Virus record (IMG/VR): IMGVR_UViG_3300017913_002494
Coordinates: 1 to 51,785 of that record
DNA from: a virus
Taxonomy: Duplodnaviria > Caudoviricetes
Strand: one strand, 5' to 3'
Length of the DNA stretch: 51,785 nucleotides
Shown: positions 1 through 8,079 of the stretch, one piece after another
How positions within the stretch are numbered: position 1 is the stretch's first letter
Layout of the letters: each line of letters begins with the position of its first letter
Notes under the pieces: generated by a model
Databases searched by the model: none
What the model saw: only the letters and a program-made list of their open reading frames with translations
Told to the model about the DNA's origin: nothing
Position numbers and translations under genes: made by a program

Positions 1-23
1 ATGGGTGAAAGGGAGTGTTCCTA

Positions 24-293
24 ATGGATAGTGTATTCTTTCTTGACGAAGGCGATTGGATCATCCTTGAGCCTAAAACCAAACATGCGAAGGATCGGAT
101 TGCCCAACATGGCAATTGTTGGTTAGTTACTGACCTGAAAGATGGTAAAGCCATCCTTCGGTCACAGCATCGAACCTTTTCTGTTCGTACACGTGACGCA
201 GACAAGACAGAGGAATGGACAACTAAAAAAATCCATGACGGTCGTTGGATTGATCTGCACAATGATAGAGATTTTACATGGAGGAGAGCATAA
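24..293 (+). CDS. hypothetical protein
   Basis: ORF 15..293; ATG at 24 follows GGAG and is the likelier start; stop overlaps next ATG (TAATG). Confidence 0.7.
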   Translation: MDSVFFLDEGDWIILEPKTKHAKDRIAQHGNCWLVTDLKDGKAILRSQHRTFSVRTRDADKTEEWTTKKIHDGRWIDLHNDRDFTWRRA

Positions 294-538
294 TGCAATA
301 TGATCTGTTTGTTGATTCGTCTGATGCGAATATAGTTATCAATGGTTTACCTAAACACGGTTCACCACAAGATCGTGGATCCGCTGACCGGTACTACGGG
401 CGCGATTATGATCCACATTGGTATCCAAATGGTACCTATAAAGGTGATCGCATTGAGCTGGCTCAAATGACTCCGGCTGAGATTGTCGAGTATACATACG
501 GCTATAACAATGAAGAAGATAGAAAGGATTGGGGATGA
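293..538 (+). CDS. hypothetical protein (HGSPQDRGSADRYYGR motif)
   Basis: GGAGGAG RBS before ATG 293; translational coupling with neighbours. Confidence 0.75.
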   Translation: MQYDLFVDSSDANIVINGLPKHGSPQDRGSADRYYGRDYDPHWYPNGTYKGDRIELAQMTPAEIVEYTYGYNNEEDRKDWG

Positions 539-777
539 GAAAAGATCTGCTAGATTTTTTCGGCAGGATTATCGTAAGTGTTATCCTTGGAATGTTTGCA
601 CTGACGATTACTGCTTTGTTGAATACGGCTATCGGTAAGATAGTTTTGATTGGTATTTCAAGTTGGGTTGCTGTTAACATTGCTGGTATCGATATCACTG
701 ATGTTAAAGGCATGGTTAGCATGGTCAAGGACGATCCGACCTATGCTGTTGAGTTTGCTGTAGAGAGGTTTTTCTAA
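535..777 (+). CDS. small membrane protein
   Basis: two hydrophobic segments; ATGA overlap with upstream stop. Confidence 0.7.
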   Translation: MRKDLLDFFGRIIVSVILGMFALTITALLNTAIGKIVLIGISSWVAVNIAGIDITDVKGMVSMVKDDPTYAVEFAVERFF

Positions 778-920
778 TGTATACCTATGACTATCGTGAC
801 AACCGTCACATGATTATCCGCAACGATGGTGCGGTCTTCTATCTGAATGCATATGCTGACCACTTTGGTCCGCTGTCAGTTCAAGAACAAAATGAGGTTC
901 TGTCAGTATGGAATGGATAA
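777..920 (+). CDS. 47-aa hypothetical protein (below ORF-track cutoff)
   Basis: manual translation MYTYDYRDNRHMIIRNDGAVFYLNAYADHFGPLSVQEQNEVLSVWNG; TAATG coupling; fills the gap in the operon. Confidence 0.6.
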   Translation: MYTYDYRDNRHMIIRNDGAVFYLNAYADHFGPLSVQEQNEVLSVWNG

Positions 921-925
921 ACTCC

Positions 926-1078
926 ATGTTGGATCCGGTTTTGGCTGGAGATCCTGTTGCTCTATTCTGGTATGGAATGGCATGTATGGCCATAGGAGGT
1001 GTCATTATCGGGTTCCTCATGATGAGATTATGGTGGCTCGTCCTCCTCGGTGCCATTGGCTATTTTATCTTTTTTTGA
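926..1078 (+). CDS. 50-aa membrane protein (below ORF-track cutoff)
   Basis: manual translation MLDPVLAGDPVALFWYGMACMAIGGVIIGFLMMRLWWLVLLGAIGYFIFF; two TM-like segments. Confidence 0.6.
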   Translation: MLDPVLAGDPVALFWYGMACMAIGGVIIGFLMMRLWWLVLLGAIGYFIFF

Positions 1079-1127
1079 AAAAAAACGTAAGTTGTTGATT
1101 TCAAAGGAAATAAAAATGCACTTTTTT

Positions 1128-1157
1128 GTTTACATTTGCAAAAAAGTGTGGTAGAAT
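1128..1157 (+). promoter_or_regulatory. T4-type early (sigma70) promoter
   Basis: GTTTACA, 17-nt spacer ending TGTGG, TAGAAT; A-tract upstream; matches T4 early consensus. Confidence 0.85.
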
Positions 1158-1246
1158 AGATCTATAAAATAAAAAAGGAACGTTAAGAAAGGCCACCTGG
1201 CTAGTCCCGAATAGGGAAACTTCCTTTTCACTGAGGAGAGAATACT

Positions 1247-1504
1247 ATGGCTAAGAAATCAAAAGTTATCATCACTAAGGATATGACTATGGATGAGCGC
1301 CTCGAAGCTATTCGTAAGGCTGCAGCCAAGTTCAATAAGAAAATCAAGCGTAACCACGTAGTCAAGGCTACCGAAACATCCTTTATGGACAAGTACGATG
1401 ATGGCGATAACATCAACGCTTGGACGGATGCATCTAAGTATGCTGCAGAATATTACGGTGAGGTTGCGTATGAAACTACACGACACGACAATAACTGGGA
1501 TTAA
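1247..1504 (+). CDS. early hypothetical protein
   Basis: GAGGAG RBS; first ORF after early promoter. Confidence 0.8.
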   Translation: MAKKSKVIITKDMTMDERLEAIRKAAAKFNKKIKRNHVVKATETSFMDKYDDGDNINAWTDASKYAAEYYGEVAYETTRHDNNWD

Positions 1505-1712
1505 GTGGTTCGGCACCTTCATGTTCCTGGCAGCAGCTATCATACTGTCAGCGAACGTTGAAGGTAGCCGCTACGGCTTCTTCCTCTTTCTTGTAGGGCA
1601 TGCAATACTGTCAGTGTTGTTTTGGAAGGTTAACGATCGAGCACTCTTTACTCAAAACTTTGGTTTTCTGTTTATTGATTTGTTCGGCATATATAGGTGG
1701 TTTTTATCATGA
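1470..1712 (+). CDS. small multi-pass membrane protein
   Basis: GAGGT RBS before ATG 1470; three hydrophobic segments. Confidence 0.7.
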   Translation: MKLHDTTITGIKWFGTFMFLAAAIILSANVEGSRYGFFLFLVGHAILSVLFWKVNDRALFTQNFGFLFIDLFGIYRWFLS

Positions 1713-2071
1713 GTGGTATGCATTTAGTTCGCGGTATGACTTCTATAAATACAAAGAAGCGCCGCAATAAGAGGCAACCCGGTCATGCTGAGTCTCAGGC
1801 TAAGCATGACAAATGGCTAATGGCGAGGGGTGTCCATCCTTCGCAACTCAAAAAGAAGGATAAGTCGAGTGGCGCGAGTATTCCGGACTATAAAACGACA
1901 CGTGCATCTGTCCCAACGTCGGACCGCATTACACCCATCCAAGGAAAAAGAAAGGCTAACATATATTCAGGCGAATATATTACAGGACTCGCAACAATGC
2001 ATAAGTCAAACACTGTTCCAGTGGGCAGAGGCGACAGTCCGGAAGAATACGCAAAAATGAGGAGGGGATAA
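1709..2071 (+). CDS. basic hypothetical protein (GLATMHKSNTVPV motif)
   Basis: ORF 1697..2071, likely ATG 1709 overlapping upstream stop; motif recalled from T4-like phage hypotheticals. Confidence 0.7.
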   Translation: MSGMHLVRGMTSINTKKRRNKRQPGHAESQAKHDKWLMARGVHPSQLKKKDKSSGASIPDYKTTRASVPTSDRITPIQGKRKANIYSGEYITGLATMHKSNTVPVGRGDSPEEYAKMRRG

Positions 2072-2514
2072 TGATAGCAGAAGCACTCGTGTGTTTAGCT
2101 TTGAATGTTTATTTCGAAGCTCGTAATCAACCATTGACTGGTCAGATTGCTGTTACCCAGGTTGTCATGAATCGTGTTGAGTCTGAGTACTATCCTGACG
2201 ATGTCTGTGAGGTAGTATATCAAGGACCGACACGTCCAAGTTGGAAAAATCCTGATATAGATATTCCAGTACGTCACCGTTGCCAGTTCAGCTGGTACTG
2301 TGATGGTAAGTCAGACGAGCCAAAGGATCAAGAAGCATGGCAGATGGCAGTACAAGTTGCGTGGGGTGTTTACCATGAACAGGTACATGATCTAGTCGAT
2401 GGTTCTCTTTGGTATCATGCTTATTATGTAACACCGGGATGGGCGTCTCAAAAAGCAGAACGCGCCAGGATTGGTGACCACATTTTTTATGGATGGAAAC
2501 ATGCAGATCGCTGA
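2071..2514 (+). CDS. SleB-like cell wall hydrolase (Hydrolase_2 family)
   Basis: CLALNVYFEARNQ, VVMNRV, CQFSWYCDGK, IGDHIFY motifs. Confidence 0.92.
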   Translation: MIAEALVCLALNVYFEARNQPLTGQIAVTQVVMNRVESEYYPDDVCEVVYQGPTRPSWKNPDIDIPVRHRCQFSWYCDGKSDEPKDQEAWQMAVQVAWGVYHEQVHDLVDGSLWYHAYYVTPGWASQKAERARIGDHIFYGWKHADR

Positions 2515-3019
2515 TTTTGTAAAGGTATATAAGCATGCCTTCGAACCAGAACATTGTAATCAACTGATTGACGTGTACGAGAATAACGCGGCAAAGAGTA
2601 TTGAGACTAAAACAATGAAGTTCGATCAATGCACGTTATTGAATAACAACTTGCCGACGGTTAATGCTGTTCAAATATTTCTATCATATTTTGATCAGTA
2701 TCGCCGTTGGCTCGAAAGCAGGGGGCAGAAGTATCTGCCTCCTACCTTCGAACTCGAATCACTGAGGATCAAGAGGTATCCAGTTAACGGGTACTTTAAG
2801 GAACATATTGATGCTGCTGATCGTAACTCATCGAGGCGATATCTATCAGCATTCGTATATCTCAACGAGAGCGGAGGTACAAAGTTCTTTGACAGGACGA
2901 TAAAGGCAGAGCCAGGTACAATGGTCATCTTCCCTCCAATGTGGATGTTCCCACATACTGGGTTGGTTGGAAAGACGCCTAAATACTTTCTGTCGACATA
3001 TTTACACTTCTCTGCGTAG
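2501..3019 (+). CDS. 2OG-Fe(II) oxygenase (prolyl-4-hydroxylase-like)
   Basis: HID..RYLSAFVYLN..GGT.F..FPPMWMFPH..KY motifs. Confidence 0.9.
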   Translation: MQIADFVKVYKHAFEPEHCNQLIDVYENNAAKSIETKTMKFDQCTLLNNNLPTVNAVQIFLSYFDQYRRWLESRGQKYLPPTFELESLRIKRYPVNGYFKEHIDAADRNSSRRYLSAFVYLNESGGTKFFDRTIKAEPGTMVIFPPMWMFPHTGLVGKTPKYFLSTYLHFSA

Positions 3020-3087
3020 CTCAGCTGGATTAGAGCAACGGCCTTCTAAGCCGTGGGTCGGGGGTTCGAGTCCTCCCGCAGAGGCCA
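3010..3087 (+). tRNA. tRNA-Arg(TCT)
   Basis: acceptor CTCTGCG/CGCAGAG, anticodon arm ACGGC-CTTCTAA-GCCGT, GTTCGAG T-loop, encoded CCA. Confidence 0.95.
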
Positions 3088-3089
3088 AT

Positions 3090-3166
3090 GGTGATGTTAG
3101 TGTTAATGGTCAGCACGCAAGTTTGTGGCACTTGTAGTATGAGTTCAAATCTCGTACATCACCCCA
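3090..3166 (+). tRNA. tRNA-His(GTG) with G-1 and C73
   Basis: G+GTGATGT/ACATCAC-C-CCA, anticodon arm CAAGT-TTGTGGC-ACTTG, GTTCAAA T-loop. Confidence 0.93.
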
Positions 3167-3168
3167 AC

Positions 3169-3245
<77 letters not shown>

Positions 3246-3268
3246 ATTTTTAGAAAGGAGAGTAGTCA

Positions 3269-3466
3269 ATGATTTTTGTAGTAGCAATGGTCACTGCACT
3301 ATGGGCAACAGAAAATCGAGAATATCTCGACACAATGAACGAACAACTGCAAGACGGGTTTTCTTGGAGTCAGATTGAGTGTCGTCCACCTAACAAGGAC
3401 GTGCCATATATTGCCATTACGACACCAATCGGAAACGAATACGTTTGTAATAAGTTGAAAAAATAA
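3269..3466 (+). CDS. small protein with hydrophobic N-terminus
   Basis: AAGGAG RBS; signal/anchor-like N-terminus; two Cys. Confidence 0.75.
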   Translation: MIFVVAMVTALWATENREYLDTMNEQLQDGFSWSQIECRPPNKDVPYIAITTPIGNEYVCNKLKK

Positions 3467-3489
3467 ATTGAAAATAATGCATTTAATGG

Positions 3490-3518
3490 TGTACATTTGC
3501 GGAAAACTGTGGTAGAAT
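3490..3518 (+). promoter_or_regulatory. T4-type early promoter
   Basis: TGTACA-N17(TGTGG)-TAGAAT, near-identical to the 1128 promoter. Confidence 0.85.
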
Positions 3519-3549
3519 ATACTATAATGAAAATTTGAGGAGAGTCATT

Positions 3550-4674
3550 ATGCCACTAGCTAAACGTAAAAAGAAGGTTCCTATTCGTAGACGTACCGGT
3601 GTTGCCGGTGCTCCGATCGAAAAAGGATTCGAGTCAGTACAGTATTATTTTCAAAACGAATGTCAACGTAAGGATGCTGTTGATCAGATCAAGACATTCG
3701 TCAAAAATCGTTTTAACAAGAACGATGCAAAGTTTATTCTTGCAAATCCAGAGTGGAAGCTGGTAAGTAGCTACTATCAGGCTGCTACATGCTTCTGGTA
3801 TAATCTTGGTTTGGAAGAATGTGAGAGATCGAAGTATTGGTATGATGCTTCGATGAAGAGGCTGTCTGATCTGGTTGAACCAGGTAAGACTCTACACTAT
3901 GAAAAGTTGCAGGCGAAGCAAGACTCCGATAAGGTAGTCACACTCTCTCCTCAGCAACGTCTGCAAAAGAAAATCAGTAACACTATCATGCAAGATCTCC
4001 TTGAACTTGAAGATAAGTGGATTGATGGTGAAAAAGCCTCGATTGACGTTTACGGTCTTTTCCGTAAACATGGCTTGAGTGGATCTGCCACTCTGCCAGT
4101 TCGTCAGGTGGTTGAGGGATGGTTGCTAGATTATGAAGACGCTTACCATAAGCGTTGTGAACAAGCCGTCGAGGGCTATTCACATTTGAAGCGATCTGAA
4201 CTCAACCGCCGTATTAAAGAATGCCAGGCTATGCTTGCAGACTGTGATCGTCTCAAGTCAGCAGCAAAAGCTAACCGTACGGTACGTGCTAAGAAGCCAC
4301 AGTCTATTGACAAGCAGGTTTCCAAAGTCAAGTATCGTAAGGAGGATCCAGATTTCAAGATCGTATCAATCAACCCTGCAACCTTTATTGGTAAGGCTCG
4401 TTTGATTGTATTCAATGTGAAGTATCGTCGATTGACCGAATACGTTACACACGATCCAAAAGGGTTTATCGTGAGTGGTACAACCATTAAGAACTTCGAT
4501 AAGGAAGCGTCTCGTACACTCACGTTAAGGAAGCCTATGGAAATACTGCCACAGGTTGCTAAATGCACACCACGACAGTTTTCCAAGCTATTGGATGGTT
4601 TGAAAACCAAGCCAGCCGTACCAAATGGTCGTATCAATGAAGATACGGTATTACTTAGAGCGGAGAACAAATGA
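3550..4674 (+). CDS. large hypothetical protein upstream of gp33
   Basis: long ORF; GAGGAG RBS before ATG 3550; function not recognised. Confidence 0.8.
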   Translation: MPLAKRKKKVPIRRRTGVAGAPIEKGFESVQYYFQNECQRKDAVDQIKTFVKNRFNKNDAKFILANPEWKLVSSYYQAATCFWYNLGLEECERSKYWYDASMKRLSDLVEPGKTLHYEKLQAKQDSDKVVTLSPQQRLQKKISNTIMQDLLELEDKWIDGEKASIDVYGLFRKHGLSGSATLPVRQVVEGWLLDYEDAYHKRCEQAVEGYSHLKRSELNRRIKECQAMLADCDRLKSAAKANRTVRAKKPQSIDKQVSKVKYRKEDPDFKIVSINPATFIGKARLIVFNVKYRRLTEYVTHDPKGFIVSGTTIKNFDKEASRTLTLRKPMEILPQVAKCTPRQFSKLLDGLKTKPAVPNGRINEDTVLLRAENK

Positions 4675-4928
4675 CTGCAGGAGTAGGACCTATTGAAAAT
4701 CAGTTTCTGACGAAGAGTAAGTTTACAAAGCTTATTGAGTCGACAGTAGCTGAACTGAAGATTCCATACATGGAGGCAATCCTTCATGTATGTGATAAGA
4801 ACGACATTGAACCTGAAGATGTGAAGAAGTTTATCTCTCCCATCATTAAGGGGAAGGTCGAAGCTGAGGCAATGCAGCTAAACTACTTGCCTCGACAAAA
4901 TACTTTGGACAGCGCTTTTGCTGATTAA
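4671..4928 (+). CDS. gp33: late-promoter transcription co-activator
   Basis: FTKLIE..IPYMEAILHVC..DIEPEDVKKFISPIIKGKVEAEA..LNYL; adjacent to gp32. Confidence 0.9.
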   Translation: MTAGVGPIENQFLTKSKFTKLIESTVAELKIPYMEAILHVCDKNDIEPEDVKKFISPIIKGKVEAEAMQLNYLPRQNTLDSAFAD

Positions 4929-4943
4929 AGTAATAAATAATGG

Positions 4944-4972
4944 TGTACAATAGTACATATACATGTTATAAT
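4944..4972 (+). promoter_or_regulatory. sigma70-type promoter for gp32
   Basis: TGTACA-N17-TATAAT with extended -10 TG; late-like AATAAATA just upstream. Confidence 0.8.
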
Positions 4973-5004
4973 ACAGTTAATATTACAGCACATACGGAGA
5001 AAAT

Positions 5005-5895
5005 ATGTCATTCGCAAATCTAAAATCAAACCGCGATCAAATCGCAAAACTCGTACAGGCAGCAGAAGCTACTAGCGGTGGTGGCGAGCAGAAGTCTTAT
5101 GTAGATGAACGCATCTGGAAGCCTACTGTAGATAAGGCAGGTAATGGGTATGCAGTACTCAGATTCCTCCCTGCGGCCGAAGGGCAAGAGCTCCCGTGGG
5201 TCCGCTATTGGGACCACGGATTCAAAGGACCAACCGGTCTATGGTATATCGAGAACAGCCTTACTTCTATTGGTCAACCTGATCCGGTTGGTGAACTCAA
5301 CTCGAGACTCTGGAACTCAGGTATCGATGCGGACAAAGAAACCGCACGAACTCAGAAACGTAGACTCCACTATGTAACCAACGTAATGGTTCTACAGGAT
5401 CCGAGTAATCCGGCTAACGAAGGTAAGGTATTCCTTTACAAGTTCGGTAAGAAGATCTTTGACAAGATCATGGATATGATGCAACCTTCATTCCAAGATG
5501 AAACGCCAGTTAACCCATTCGATTTTTGGGAGGGTGCTGACTTTAAACTTAAGATTCGTAATGTTGAAGGATATCGTAACTATGATAAGTCCGAGTTTTC
5601 AAGCCCATCTGCTCTCCATGATGGCGATGATGCCAGGTTGGAAGCAACCTATAACCAACTATATGACCTCGGTGAGTTCACCGATCCAAAGAACTACAAG
5701 ACCTATGACGAGCTCAAAGCAAAGCTAGGTCGTGTTCTTGGTGAAGAGGCTTCTGTCGGAGCGCCTTCTATGAAGCAAGAAGTTCAGATGAATGAACCGG
5801 TTGCTCCAGCTCCGATGCCAACAGCCGAGACCGTAGCTGATACGGAAGATGACGATACAATGTCATACTTTGCTAAGTTGGCAAATGAGGGATAG
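5005..5895 (+). CDS. gp32: single-stranded DNA binding protein
   Basis: DERIWKPTVDKAGNGYAVLRFLP, GKVFLYKFGKKIFDK, NYDKSEF, acidic tail. Confidence 0.97.
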   Translation: MSFANLKSNRDQIAKLVQAAEATSGGGEQKSYVDERIWKPTVDKAGNGYAVLRFLPAAEGQELPWVRYWDHGFKGPTGLWYIENSLTSIGQPDPVGELNSRLWNSGIDADKETARTQKRRLHYVTNVMVLQDPSNPANEGKVFLYKFGKKIFDKIMDMMQPSFQDETPVNPFDFWEGADFKLKIRNVEGYRNYDKSEFSSPSALHDGDDARLEATYNQLYDLGEFTDPKNYKTYDELKAKLGRVLGEEASVGAPSMKQEVQMNEPVAPAPMPTAETVADTEDDDTMSYFAKLANEG

Positions 5896-5999
5896 GTCAG
5901 CCAACCCATACGGCCTAGTCGCTGAATAAGATTCGGACAAAAGTTGGTGTAACTAGAAAGGAGACGGGTAACCAGGCCTAGCCAGGTATCCCGGGGATT

Positions 6000-6024
6000 G
6001 GGGAGCTTCGGCTCCCCTTTCTTT
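6000..6024. terminator. intrinsic terminator between convergent gp32 and IscA
   Basis: GGGGAGC-TTCG-GCTCCCC followed by T-tract; cUUCGg tetraloop typical of T4-like phages. Confidence 0.9.
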
Positions 6025-6304
6025 ATACTGCGAAGGATTCGCCACAACCACAGGACGCGGTTGCATTTGGATTGATTACTTTGAGATATGATCCACCGAG
6101 TTCAGTTACGTAATCAACAGTACATCCAATGACAAACATTTCTGCTACTTCGTCTATCTTTAGATTTCCTACAGTTGGTTCTTCCTCGGTTACATCCCAA
6201 ACATATTGAAAGCCAGAACACCCACCACCTTTCACTGAGAGATAGACGTTTGGTTGTCCTACCTTCTTTAGGTATTCGCTTGCATCTGGTGTGATTGTTA
6301 TCAT
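6023..6304 (-). CDS. iscA: IscA/HesB-family Fe-S cluster carrier (auxiliary metabolic gene)
   Basis: GGGCSGFQY and NPNATASCGCGESF motifs. Confidence 0.93.
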   Translation of the reverse strand: MITITPDASEYLKKVGQPNVYLSVKGGGCSGFQYVWDVTEEEPTVGNLKIDEVAEMFVIGCTVDYVTELGGSYLKVINPNATASCGCGESFAV

Positions 6305-7899
6305 GCCATCGGAGCCGCGTATGGATCTTCAGCATCCAGAGGAGTCGCTGCAATGTCCGGATAGCTGGCGTCGGAGGAGCTTGAAGATGAGTTGTCGGAG
6401 TTGTCCACGATTGTAGTGCCACCACCTTCGAGTTCTTTTCTTTCCGCACGCAGTCTTTCAAGTTCTGCAGTATTTGCTTCACTCTCACTTTGCGCTTTTT
6501 CCAACCTAGCTGCTTGTTTATCGATTCTTTGTTGTTCATAAGCAGAGATCTCGCCATCACGCATTGCGGCTCTATAAGTTGAATCAAAAGATTTTTGAGC
6601 GCTCTTTTCTTTTCTGTTAAGGAACTTCTGTCTTCCTTCAGCATCATCGATTGCTTCCTGGTTCGCAGCTAGTTCCTTGGTATTAGTACCAAGCTTGTAT
6701 TCACGAACCTTGTCACCCATACCGACAAAGTCAAGACCAGAAGCTACAACCTCGAGGAATCCATTAATCACCGTCTTGAACAAGTCAAAGATAGTATCCA
6801 CAATCTTCGAGATCATGTCCGAGAAACTAAAGTTTTTCAGTGCATCGGCAGTTTCATCAAATCCAAACTTGCCAAGAATCCAAGCTACAATATCTTTTAG
6901 AAGATCAAGCGGTGCACCAATGACCGAGTTAAGGAATCCTTCGATTGCACCTTGCAGGCCACCAAGGAATCCATCCTCTTCGAATCCAGCAAGAGCGCCT
7001 TTCACAGTATCCCACACAGTCATAATCACAGTGAATGGAAGGAACAGACGACCAATCACTCGACCAATACCACCGAGTATTCTCATAAAGTCACTACCTT
7101 CGCTAAAGATAGCAAACGCATTTCGAATAATCTTACCCGCACCTTGTGCCGCATCAATAACAAAATCAAACGGAGCACGGATAGCTCTTACGATACGAGC
7201 TACAATGTTCATACCATCTTCACCGCCGGTAAACAACGCCTTGAATCCTTTCGAAACATCATCAATAATCGGTTCGAATGGAAACTTAAAGATGTCAATA
7301 ATACCATTGAATAGCTTTGTGATTCTTTGACCGACTACACCTTCACCGGACATAAGAGTCTTGAACGGTTGAATCAAATCATCGAGGATAGACAATGCAC
7401 CAGTAAATGTCATTCTAAACGTGTTACGAATACCACGTACGAATCGACCCATACCGCCATCGGCCGAGAAGAAAACTTTTATCGGTTTTATTAAATCATC
7501 TATGACAGTCATCAGAGTCTTGGCTAGATTACCGAATCTGGTTTTGGCAAGATCGAGGAGTTTATCGAGTCTTGCAAGTTTAGCCAGAGCCTTGATTGAA
7601 TCGAGCAGACCAAGGAATATTCCACTCAGAACTGCAGCAATACCAGCAAGAATGCCAGCCAGACCGAGTCCTTTCTTTGCATCAGTACCCGCAGCGGGTG
7701 CAGCAGCCTCGGCCTCGTCTTTCTTTTCACGCATAAGTTCAAGCATGTCAAGACGATTCTGAGCCATCATGTCAAGGAAACCCTTGAACATATTATTCAG
7801 TTGAACAACGTTATTATTCAGAGCCGAGAGTTGACGACTGTTTTCCTCGCTACCCGCTCTTAGTTGTTCACATACATCGAATAATGATTTATCTGCCAT
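6301..7899 (-). CDS. tape-measure/baseplate hub-like protein (gp29-equivalent)
   Basis: 532 aa, amphipathic Gly/Phe/Ile helical segments and coiled-coil ends; directly downstream of gp26/gp51. Confidence 0.7.
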   Translation of the reverse strand: MADKSLFDVCEQLRAGSEENSRQLSALNNNVVQLNNMFKGFLDMMAQNRLDMLELMREKKDEAEAAAPAAGTDAKKGLGLAGILAGIAAVLSGIFLGLLDSIKALAKLARLDKLLDLAKTRFGNLAKTLMTVIDDLIKPIKVFFSADGGMGRFVRGIRNTFRMTFTGALSILDDLIQPFKTLMSGEGVVGQRITKLFNGIIDIFKFPFEPIIDDVSKGFKALFTGGEDGMNIVARIVRAIRAPFDFVIDAAQGAGKIIRNAFAIFSEGSDFMRILGGIGRVIGRLFLPFTVIMTVWDTVKGALAGFEEDGFLGGLQGAIEGFLNSVIGAPLDLLKDIVAWILGKFGFDETADALKNFSFSDMISKIVDTIFDLFKTVINGFLEVVASGLDFVGMGDKVREYKLGTNTKELAANQEAIDDAEGRQKFLNRKEKSAQKSFDSTYRAAMRDGEISAYEQQRIDKQAARLEKAQSESEANTAELERLRAERKELEGGGTTIVDNSDNSSSSSSDASYPDIAATPLDAEDPYAAPMA

Positions 7900-7900
7900 G

Positions 7901-8044
7901 TTAATGCCTTTGCTGTTCAGCTCTTTGTTTTTCTTCCTTCAAGTGCTGGATAAGTAGAGAGATATAAACCTCTCTTTCCCATGGTATCATTTCCTCTATC
8001 TCGGTCAGTCCCCAATGCCAGTGTGTCATAAGGTTAAAGTTCAT
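7901..8044 (-). CDS. gp51: baseplate hub assembly catalyst-like (missed by ORF track); frame open to 8092, probably reached by -1 frameshift
   Basis: manual translation (LSHESLENYYQ)MNFNLMTHWHWGLTEIEEMIPWEREVYISLLIQHLKEEKQRAEQQRH. Confidence 0.85.
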   Translation of the reverse strand: MNFNLMTHWHWGLTEIEEMIPWEREVYISLLIQHLKEEKQRAEQQRH

Positions 8045-8079
8045 CTGATAATAGTTCTCAAGACTTTCATGAGATAGAG

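Noticed and set aside
847-1098. 83-aa Cys/His-rich ORF
   Set aside because: Better explained by two tightly packed small ORFs, 777..920 and 926..1078
1181-1240. Hammerhead ribozyme (GAAA ... CTGAGGA)
   Set aside because: Stems I and II cannot be formed convincingly; GAGGAG is the RBS of ORF 1247
5784-6047. 87-aa minus-strand ORF across the post-gp32 spacer
   Set aside because: Crosses the terminator and is antisense to gp32; no support for coding
6114-7762. Alternative-frame and antisense ORFs (6114..6647, 6677..7330, 7421..7762, and similar ones such as 4176..4787, 25115..25819, 45734..46306)
   Set aside because: Shadows of well-supported genes, with no RBS or recognisable motif
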